Source: Bacteroidota bacterium (GTDB lineage: Bacteria; Bacteroidota; Bacteroidia; Chitinophagales; LD1). From it: 64,000 nt of DNA. The DNA lies in contig CANJZE010000003.1 in the NCBI GenBank assembly GCA_947479455.1, positions 20,956-84,955 of the forward strand. Reading direction: 5' to 3'. The notes under the pieces were generated by a model. The model saw only the letters and a list, made by a program, of their open reading frames with translations. It ran no database searches and was not told where the DNA came from. Positions 56,432 to 64,000 of the stretch are shown one piece after another; the first letter of the stretch is position 1, and every line of letters starts with the position of its first letter. The position numbers were made by a program, and so were the translations under genes.

Positions 56432-57784
56432 TTATTCTTTTTGTTTGCTTTTAGCTGCAGAAGTTTTTTCTACCGCACCTGCCGCTTCAAAACGCACATC
56501 GGCATTTTTAGAAACCAATCCATTATCTAAAGTTTCATCGGCACGGTTACAAACAACTGTGTATTGGAAAGAAGTATTCGAAAATCCATTGGCTAATTCA
56601 ACCACATCAAAACCCGTAGATGATTTAGCCGAAACATAAACACCATTGCAATCGCCTTCAAGCTGAACAAACACCCTCAAAGGATGAGCCGCATTAATAG
56701 TTACATTTTTTGCAAAAATGGGATCTAAGTTAATATGCGCTCTTCCATTCACTAAACTGCCAAAGCCATAATCCTGCAAATAAATCTCGGGCGTTTCGGT
56801 GGCGTGCATAACCACATTCTTGTTATTTAAATCTTTTACAACAGTTGAAACAGTACCGGCTCCTTGAATTTTATACTGAGTAGTTCCACTCCAATAATTC
56901 ACCCGCACTATAGACCCGAAGTTATCGGTATAAACAGCTTGCGATGCAGCGCTTGAATTGCTCTTGGCAAATAAACCTGTGGTAGTTCCTGTAAACGCTC
57001 CACCACTGCCTGTGTTCATGAGTAGCGCCCCCGATGCATTTCCAAAACCTACCACTCCTGTTCCTGTGGTGTTGCCGTTTTCGCCCCAAACGCCTGCTGC
57101 CATAGAACTGTTTTGTGAAGTAATTCCAACTATTCCACAACCGGCACCGTTATTAGCCGAAGCACCATTATGCGCCCATATAGCATCATGGTCTTTGTTA
57201 CTATTGTAAATGTATGCGCTCATGGTAGCCCCGCTGTTTACCTGTAAAGGATACGCGGGCGTTGCGGTTCCTATACCCACTCCAATACCATTTTCCACAA
57301 TAGATGAATTACCCAAACTTGTTGATGTAGCATATTTAGAAAGGTAATTGGTTGTGCCATTTATATTTGCCGAACCCGAAGATACGGTGCTTACACAACG
57401 ACCTGTAATTACCCAGCCCGTATCAGCCGCATAGGCAATTGAATTTAAATCAGTATCAAACACCAGTAAGCCACTGGCAGGCGAAACAATATCTGTGCGT
57501 AGTGCCGAAGTCATGCGCGGAATCAGCAATCCTTGAGTAGAGGAAGAAAGGTCGAGGACTGCCGAGGGATGAGGAGTAGTAGTTCCAATACCTACTTGTC
57601 CTTCAATCAACATACCGTTAGCAGGAGCCTGCAATGTAGAATAGTGTGAACCCACTATTGTGTTCCCCTTTACCGAAAGTTTGCTACCAGGTATAGGTTC
57701 ACCTACACCAGTGTTTTGTGCGCTTACTTTTGAAGCACCAATAGATAAATTGATGAGTAATGAAAGAATGATAAGCTTCTTCAT
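56432..57784 (-). CDS. Secreted Gly/Ser/Thr/Asn-rich protein (fibre-like), function unknown
   Basis: Signal peptide MKKLIILSLLINLSIGASKVSAQ. VGIGTTTPHPSAVLDL-type segments are common in Bacteroidota surface proteins. Confidence 0.6.
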   Translation of the reverse strand: MKKLIILSLLINLSIGASKVSAQNTGVGEPIPGSKLSVKGNTIVGSHYSTLQAPANGMLIEGQVGIGTTTPHPSAVLDLSSSTQGLLIPRMTSALRTDIVSPASGLLVFDTDLNSIAYAADTGWVITGRCVSTVSSGSANINGTTNYLSKYATSTSLGNSSIVENGIGVGIGTATPAYPLQVNSGATMSAYIYNSNKDHDAIWAHNGASANNGAGCGIVGITSQNSSMAAGVWGENGNTTGTGVVGFGNASGALLMNTGSGGAFTGTTTGLFAKSNSSAASQAVYTDNFGSIVRVNYWSGTTQYKIQGAGTVSTVVKDLNNKNVVMHATETPEIYLQDYGFGSLVNGRAHINLDPIFAKNVTINAAHPLRVFVQLEGDCNGVYVSAKSSTGFDVVELANGFSNTSFQYTVVCNRADETLDNGLVSKNADVRFEAAGAVEKTSAAKSKQKE

Positions 57785-57920
57785 GAGGTATATTTTCGGT
57801 TTAAAATGTTTTTAGACATAGTCCTTCAACAGCAGTTAACGGAAACCCTTCAATATAGTTCTACACAAGCGGCAGATTGTTACAAGTTTTTTCTGGTAGA
57901 AGCATTTGAGGCATACTGAA

Positions 57921-57955
57921 AACAAAAATAGCTGATGAAATTTTACCTCATCAGC
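57921..57955 (-). terminator. Intrinsic terminator downstream of the 57979 stop
   Basis: Perfect 8-bp stem GCTGATGA (57931-57938) / TCATCAGC (57948-57955). On the minus strand it is followed by TATTTTTGTTTT. Confidence 0.65.
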
Positions 57956-57978
57956 CATTTTAAAAAAGCGGTGCTCAA

Positions 57979-59898
57979 TTATTTTGTATAAACAAATCTG
58001 CGAACAGCTTTCATTTCGTTAGCAGTTACACGCACATAATAAACGCCTTGTGCTTGTTTGCTCATATCGAAACTTTCAATAGCGCTTACCTGAGTAGTGC
58101 GGCCAAGCATAGTTTCGCCCAACACGTTTACAATTTCAATTTTTGCTTCGCCTTTTAACAGTCCATTTAAATTTACATTCAACATTTTGTAAGTAGGGTT
58201 TGGATACACACTTATATTTTCAGAAATATCCACTTGCTCTAAACCGGTAACAGTAATGTCATGACAAACAGTATCGGAACCGGCAAGGTTGGTTACAATC
58301 AGGCAAATGGTTTTGGTGCCACTTGTTGCGTAAGTATGTGGTCCTACAATTTGCCCTTGAGAAGTAGTTCCATCACCCCAGTTCCAATCCCAAGTTGTAA
58401 TCATATCAGTAGATGCATCGGTTACATTTACCAAAGAACCGTTTGGTGTTGCGGTAAATACTGCAGTAGGTTTTAGTAACTCCGTAATATGCACATCATC
58501 CACATCAAGAAACCAGGCATCGGCATCGCTGTAGCAATGAAAACCGAGGTAGTACGATGCAGTTGTTGCCGGTTTAAAAGCTACCTTTTGTTCTTCGTAT
58601 GAACTAACACTCAATGTTCCGAAATCAAGAATGTTTTCGGTCATGCCTGCAGTTGTATTTGCAGTGCCCATTTTTACTTCTAACTTTTCCGGATACAAAG
58701 CATTTGCATCCTCACCCACTTCTTCCCAAAAAGAAAGTTTATAAGCCTTGCTGGCATCTAAAGAAATACAAGGGCTATATAACCAGTCATCGCCACCGGT
58801 ATTTCCATCTTCATTATATGAATAGCGGAAGTGAACCGCACCTCCATTAGCCGAGGCAGTAGAAAGATACCAACTGTAATCATCTCCATTCGCATCTTCG
58901 TTAGTCCAGGTAAAGCCGCCTATTTCATTCCCAATATTCGGAACTTCAAAACCCATGGTATATGGAACGGATGAAGAAGCAACAGAAATTGCAAAGTTGA
59001 ACGCAGTATCGTTCGTATGTAAATTATCGTTGAGTAAATCAACCCAACCGGTTATGGCATAATTACCTGCAACCGAAAAATTAGCAGCAGCAATGAAAGT
59101 ATATGTATACGATTCACCATATGCCAAAGGAGATGGTAGAATTACTTTTTCGCTTACCGCAGCCCCACCGTTAACAGAGTAATGTGCCATTACTGAATCA
59201 ACCGTGCTTAATCCTCTTCCGGTGAAAACAATTTTAATTGGTTCAGCGTTGCTCAATAAGCATCCGTTACTCAGTAAATTCTGAACTTCATCTGTTTGCA
59301 CATCCGCTGCCGGAGGAACGGCTAAACTTACGTCATCCACAAACCAATAGTAATCATAAGAACCTACCCAGCTAAAACGGATATAAACCGAATCGCGATT
59401 GGCAGCAATGGCCTAAATATTTTCTGTTACAAAATTTGGATTAGCTGATGCTTGGTTTGTTGCCAAACCGTCAGAAGAAGTATGAACAAGGGTCCAATTA
59501 ACTGAATCATTACTCACAAATACCTTTCCTTCATCGGCTAAATACTTTGCATAATATTCTGTAAAATTTAAGAGCACACCCGGCTGGCCAAGGCAGCTAA
59601 TTCGACTTGAAGTTATTGTGGTAGACTCTGGTGTTCCATCAACACCCGCATTGTCGCTATCTACTCGTATGTGTCCGTTAGCTGCGCCCGAACCATTAAA
59701 GGTTCCTGCAGCTCCACCTGCACTGTTAGGGTCTGTGCTCCATTCCCAAACTACTACACTTGTTCCGGCCAAATCGTTAACGATGGTCCAGCCGGGTAAA
59801 GATTGATTAGTAAAGCTGTCAATAAAGAATGTTTGTGCGCTTACTTTATCAAATGGTAACAAACAAAGCACCGCAAAGGCGAGTAAAACTTTTTTCAT
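57979..59898 (-). pseudogene. Surface protein (two choice-of-anchor-J-like modules, PKD domain, T9SS CTD) interrupted by one in-frame TAG at 59413-59415
   Basis: ORFs 59413-59898 (with signal peptide) and 57979-59340 share one frame. Manual translation across the gap reads ...NPNFVTENI*AIAANRDSVYIRFSWVGSYDYYWFVDDVSLAVPP... The downstream part has a PKD-like segment (WNWGDGTTSQGQIVGPHTYATSGTKTICLIVTN) and a CTD (ISVYPNPTYKMLNVNL...). Confidence 0.6.
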
Positions 59899-60015
59899 GA
59901 TAAATATTTTGATTTTAAAAAAATCGAATGTAGAAATTTGAAGATAGGATGATTCTATCGTTTTGTTCTAAGCAATAAGATGCAGCGGTAAACCTTTTTT
60001 GAGAAGACAAAACTT

Positions 60016-61242
60016 TCAATTGAGTTCTAGAAGAAAATCACTAATGGCGCTATAGACGACTTTCAAATCTTCACTCGAAATGCAATAAGGCGGTAGTATA
60101 TAAATCACATTCCCCAGTGGCCGAAGAATTATTTTCCGGTCAATAAAAAACTGATAAGCGCGGTCGCGAACGTTATTTAGATAACCACTGGCTTCATCGG
60201 TTTGTATTTCAATGGCAAGGATTGTTCCGCGTTGGCGAATTTCTTTAACTCGCTTGTTGTTCTTTAACGTTTCGGCAAATGCAGCGTGTTGTGTTTGAAT
60301 GAGCGCAATTTTTTCAAACGTGTTTTCTGTTTCAAACAATTCGAGTGAAGCAATAGCAGCAGCGCATCCTAAAGGGTTAGCAGTGTAACTATGTCCATGC
60401 AAAAACATTTTCTGTTTCTCAGTTGAAAGAAAGGCATCGTAAATATTTTGAGTACAAGTAGTAGCGGCAAAAGGAAGAAAGCCACCGGTAATTCCTTTCG
60501 AAAGACAAATGATATCGGGTTTGTTTGTGCAGTAATCGGTAGCCAAAAATTTTCCTGTACGCCCGAAACCTGTCATTACTTCATCGGCAATGGTGATGAT
60601 GTTGTTCTTCTTACTCACTGCAAGCAATTCATCGAGCAAGTCTGCTGAATACATTTTCATTCCTGCAGAACCAAGAACTAGAGGCTCAAAAATAAACGCA
60701 GCTACATCAGCATTTTCAAATTTCCAAATTTCCGAATTTCCGAATTCGATGAATTCCACATCAAACAATAACTGCTGAAACGGGGAAGTGAAAACTCCGC
60801 GCTCACTCACACTCATAGTGCCGAAAGTATCGCCATGATAAGCATTACGAAAGCAGATTATTTTTTTGCGTGCTTCGCCTTTGTTGCTCCAATACTGCAA
60901 TGACATTTTGATTGCTACTTCAACAGCAGTTGAGCCGTTATCGGAATAAAATACTTTTTGATGATGAGGAATGCGTTGCAATAATTTATGCGCAAGTGTT
61001 TCCGCAGGTTCATGAGTGAACCCTGCAAAAATTACCTGCTCTAATTTCTTCGCTTGTTCAGCAATGGCGTTCGCGATATACGGATGTGCATGTCCGTGAA
61101 CATTCGTCCACCAACTGGCAACAGCATCAATGTATTGATTGCCTTTATCGTCATACAAATAAGTTCCTTCACCGCGGGTGATGGGAATAATATCTGCACC
61201 CTGCATTTGTGTGTAAGGATGCCAAACAGGAGACTCCTTCAC
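60016..61242 (-). CDS. bioA: Adenosylmethionine-8-amino-7-oxononanoate aminotransferase
   Basis: VWHPYTQMQ N-terminus, an aminotransferase class III pattern, and a PLP-lysine region ICLSKGITGG. Overlaps bioD by 4 nt. Confidence 0.85.
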   Translation of the reverse strand: MKESPVWHPYTQMQGADIIPITRGEGTYLYDDKGNQYIDAVASWWTNVHGHAHPYIANAIAEQAKKLEQVIFAGFTHEPAETLAHKLLQRIPHHQKVFYSDNGSTAVEVAIKMSLQYWSNKGEARKKIICFRNAYHGDTFGTMSVSERGVFTSPFQQLLFDVEFIEFGNSEIWKFENADVAAFIFEPLVLGSAGMKMYSADLLDELLAVSKKNNIITIADEVMTGFGRTGKFLATDYCTNKPDIICLSKGITGGFLPFAATTCTQNIYDAFLSTEKQKMFLHGHSYTANPLGCAAAIASLELFETENTFEKIALIQTQHAAFAETLKNNKRVKEIRQRGTILAIEIQTDEASGYLNNVRDRAYQFFIDRKIILRPLGNVIYILPPYCISSEDLKVVYSAISDFLLELN

Positions 61243-61886
61243 AGTTGAAAGTTTAGTGATAGAGAGAGTTTCATCTTTTCTGCTTGTGCAGACACAAAAT
61301 CTTTGTCAATCGTTTTTGCTTCGTCAATTCTACCGATGATGGGCAACGCTGTGAAGTGCTGAACTATTTCTTCGTTGTCGTTGTAGTTTTCTCCGCTGAT
61401 GATTATACCGGGTATTTCAATTCCCTGTGTTTGAAGAAATTCAATCGTGAGCAAAGCATGATTAATACTGCCGAGATAATTTCTGACCACAACGATAGCT
61501 GGCAGTCGCAAATAATCAATCAGGTCGAACATCACTAACTCGTTATTCATAGGAACCATAATTCCTCCCGCGCCTTCTATGATTAAACGATTGTTGGTTT
61601 CGGGCAGTTTGAATTTTTCAATTTCTATTTCAACGTTCTCTTTCGCACCAGCAAAGTGTGGAGATGCTGCTTCTTTGAGCCTATAGGTTTCAGCATGAAA
61701 TTTTGAAACTGAATTGGAAACTAGTGATTGCACTAATTGTGTATCGCTGTTTTCCAGATTGCCGCATTGCACAGGTTTCCAGTAATCGGCTTGCAGTGCT
61801 TCGCACAAAACTGCCGAGGCAAGTGTTTTGCCCACACCAGTACCTATGCCGGTAATAAAGATTTGTTGGGGGAGTTTTGGTTTCAT
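61239..61886 (-). CDS. bioD: Dethiobiotin synthase
   Basis: P-loop ITGIGTGVGKT, EGAGG motif, ~215 aa, located between bioF and bioA. Confidence 0.85.
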   Translation of the reverse strand: MKPKLPQQIFITGIGTGVGKTLASAVLCEALQADYWKPVQCGNLENSDTQLVQSLVSNSVSKFHAETYRLKEAASPHFAGAKENVEIEIEKFKLPETNNRLIIEGAGGIMVPMNNELVMFDLIDYLRLPAIVVVRNYLGSINHALLTIEFLQTQGIEIPGIIISGENYNDNEEIVQHFTALPIIGRIDEAKTIDKDFVSAQAEKMKLSLSLNFQL

Positions 61887-61902
61887 GGAATTCGAAAAAT
61901 CA

Positions 61903-61978
61903 TTTTACACAAAGACACGAAGTCGCAAAGTATTGAAAAAGCATTTGTATTCTTCGTGTCTTTTCGTCTTTGTGTAAA
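61903..61978 (-). promoter_or_regulatory. Long intergenic hairpin between bioF and bioD
   Basis: TTTTACACAAAGACACGAAG (61903-61922) pairs with CTTCGTGTCTTT-TCGT-CTTTGTGTAAA (61952-61978). The stem is ~19 bp with a 4-nt insertion in one arm and a 29-nt loop. Confidence 0.4.
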
Positions 61979-61981
61979 TAT

Positions 61982-63124
61982 TTACAAAGAGTTGATTATT
62001 GCAACAAGTTTACTCACTTCTTCTTCGGTATTAAAACTATGAAGACAAATTCTTATGCGCTCTTTTCCTTTGGGCACGGTGGGATAAAGTATCGGGCGAA
62101 CATCAAAACCCTGCTCTTGAATTTTTTTTGCAAAGTCCTTTACGTTTTGGTTTCCTGAAACCACAATGCTTTGTACTGGCGTATCACTCGATATGAGTTG
62201 AAAGTTCTCCTTCGGTTGAATTTGTTTTTTGAAAAGCATATTCAATGCAAATAGTTTTTCTCTGCGCTCTTTTGATGCATTCAAAAATTGATAAGAACAT
62301 TTAATGGCTACCAATGAATAAAATGGCAATGCCGTTGAAAAAATAAACGGACGACAGTAATTGATTAAAAACTCTTTCAAATCATTTGAACAAAGAATTA
62401 CTGCGCCATGCGCGCCTAATGCTTTGCTGAACGTGTGAACACGCGCAATAATATTTGCATTTTGTATTTCCCCCGTTACTCGTCCCTCGCCCTTCGTGCC
62501 TGCAATGCCTGTAGCGTGTGCTTCATCTACTATTAAACCGGCTTCATACTTTTTGCAGACTGATGCAATTTTTACAAGCGGAGCAAAATCGCCATCCATA
62601 GAATAGACAGATTCCACCACTACATACTTTAATCCTGTTGCAGTTTTTAATTTTTGTTCTAAATCTGCCACATTATTATGCGCAAACGAAACTCCGTTTG
62701 CCTTGCTGTTTCGTATGCCATCGTGAATAGAAGCATGAACCAACTCATCATATAGAATAGTATCGCCACGGTAAGGAAGCGAAGAGAGCAAACCATAATT
62801 GGCATCGAAACCCGAATTGAAAATGAGCGCGGCTTCTGCATCATGATAATCAGCAATAAACTTTTCGAGTTGCTCGGCATATTTACTATTACCTGATAGC
62901 AATCTTGAACCTGTGCTGCCGAGAAATGCTTGGTGATGTGATTTTATTTCTTCAGCAACGCGCGCTTTCAAGTTTTCATCACGCGCAAAGCCCAGGTAAT
63001 CGTTCGAATAAAAATCAACCAGTCCTTTGGTTACTCTCAACGCACGAAAATTATTTTCCTGTTTTCGCTGTTCAAGTTTGCCGATTATATATTGTTGAAT
63101 AGAGTTACTCATGAGGGAGTGCAA
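61982..63124 (-). CDS. bioF: 8-amino-7-oxononanoate synthase
   Basis: FYSNDYLGF, DEAHATG, and the PLP-lysine region HTFSKALGAHGA. Confidence 0.85.
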   Translation of the reverse strand: MHSLMSNSIQQYIIGKLEQRKQENNFRALRVTKGLVDFYSNDYLGFARDENLKARVAEEIKSHHQAFLGSTGSRLLSGNSKYAEQLEKFIADYHDAEAALIFNSGFDANYGLLSSLPYRGDTILYDELVHASIHDGIRNSKANGVSFAHNNVADLEQKLKTATGLKYVVVESVYSMDGDFAPLVKIASVCKKYEAGLIVDEAHATGIAGTKGEGRVTGEIQNANIIARVHTFSKALGAHGAVILCSNDLKEFLINYCRPFIFSTALPFYSLVAIKCSYQFLNASKERREKLFALNMLFKKQIQPKENFQLISSDTPVQSIVVSGNQNVKDFAKKIQEQGFDVRPILYPTVPKGKERIRICLHSFNTEEEVSKLVAIINSL

Positions 63125-63449
63125 TAGAAAGTATAAAAACAGAAAGCAGCAAGTGGAATGCTACTTCTTCACCCATCCATCTTTCGTTCCCACCTTGTTG
63201 GTAAACAGGTTTACATCGGCACTGTAAATAATAGGTGTAAGATTGACGATTGATACTTGATGAACTCTCAGCAACGTCTTTCCTACTTGGTTTGAAACAG
63301 TAGGCTTGAAAAAAACAGAGCAGGGTGAAACAGCCAACAGAATTTCGTCCTTTGTGTTGCAAACATTGCTTACTTTATTTCTTCGCGGCTTGCAGGCTAA
63401 CTTTTTTCATCTCAATGCCATTTGAACAAAATAAGTTTTTCGTTCGTTT

Positions 63450-64000
63450 TTAATTAGCAGCCCCCACTATTATTCCCACCGCAAACAGCAGCGAAAAAAT
63501 AAATGTGCCTATTGCCAGTTGCTTCAGCAGCGGGTCATACTCCCGAGCATCTTCAACTTTAGAAACCATAGCCAGATGCTTGCGAAAAAGCGTAACTGTA
63601 ATAATGAATAAGAATTGCATAGTAGAAGTAAAATTCAAACACGCAAAAACAATACTCGCCACAAAACCGAGGATGATTAAAGCGGTGTGATATTTTTTTG
63701 CAGCATCAATTCCAATCTTTACCACCAAAGAATTTTTTCCCGCTTTGGCATCGCTATCTCGGTCACGCATATTGTTTAAGTTCAATACCCCTGCAGCAAA
63801 TGCACCGATAGAAAATGCAGGTAACAAAACCGAATAATTTAACTGATGTGCTAGTAAATAATAACTACCACACACTCCCACAACTCCAAAAAACAAAAGC
63901 ACAAACACATCGCCCAATCCGCGATAACCATAAGCATTTTTGCCTACGGTATATTTTATAGCTGCAGCAATTGCAGCAAGTCCTAAAGCAAAAAAGAAAA
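63450..64000 (-). CDS. menA: 1,4-dihydroxy-2-naphthoate polyprenyltransferase (UbiA family), C-terminal part; the start lies beyond the window
   Basis: ...YGYRGLGDVFVLLFFG... and NNMRDRDSDAKAGKNSLVV are typical of MenA. I checked that the frame is open from 63918 to 64000 (...FFFALGLAAIAAAIKYTVGKNAYGYRG). The track start at 63917 is an internal TTG. Confidence 0.75.
   Translation of the reverse strand, partial: FFFALGLAAIAAAIKYTVGKNAYGYRGLGDVFVLLFFGVVGVCGSYYLLAHQLNYSVLLPAFSIGAFAAGVLNLNNMRDRDSDAKAGKNSLVVKIGIDAAKKYHTALIILGFVASIVFACLNFTSTMQFLFIITVTLFRKHLAMVSKVEDAREYDPLLKQLAIGTFIFSLLFAVGIIVGAAN

Noticed and set aside
63105-63362. 85-aa minus-strand ORF between menA and bioF
   Set aside because: It overlaps the bioF start, has no motif and has odd composition. 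It is more likely the bio promoter/leader region. An 11-codon mini-ORF (MKKVSLQAAKK, about 63374-63409) was also seen but is too short to support.
1-64000. Looked for CRISPR arrays, rRNA genes, IS transposases, reverse transcriptases and further tRNAs in all intergenic spacers
   Set aside because: None was seen. The only regularly spaced repeats are in-frame protein repeats in the adhesin gene, and the only tRNA-like sequences are the two tRNA-Ala copies already reported.

Overview
Bacteroidota-type chromosomal segment: at least six secreted proteins end in T9SS C-terminal sorting domains, and one carries SprB-type repeats. No rRNA, CRISPR array or transposase was seen. Core content: a LysM protein, an NfeD protease, a ~2164-aa adhesin, a B12/radical-SAM plus methyltransferase pair, a saccharopine-dehydrogenase-family gene, RNase R, an acyl-CoA carboxylase beta subunit, an aldehyde dehydrogenase, a UDG-family gene, bioF-bioD-bioA and a partial menA.

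The main accessory feature is a ~19 kb integrated island (17263-36372). It is bounded by a 40-nt direct repeat of the 5' half of tRNA-Ala(GGC): a truncated copy on the left and a full hybrid tRNA on the right. The island carries a tyrosine integrase, an excisionase-type HTH, a wHTH replication-like gene, a serine recombinase, a Type ISP restriction-modification enzyme and a run of small orphan ORFs.

The best candidate for an undescribed system is a tightly coupled minus-strand operon at 18960-23172. It encodes a 54-aa TM peptide, a 129-aa unknown, an S1/P1 nuclease, an HNH protein, a PD-(D/E)xK protein, and a PLD (HKD) nuclease fused to an Hsp70/DnaK-like substrate-binding beta-domain.

Other points of interest:
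- an attenuator-like GC-rich leader at 30283-30376;
- two convergent ~2 kb paralogous T9SS genes that bracket an 11.7 kb segment as inverted repeats;
- a truncated P450 fused to a membrane tail;
- a surface-protein gene split by one in-frame TAG;
- a long hairpin inside the bio operon.

All functional calls rest on motifs read by eye from the translations. No searches were run.
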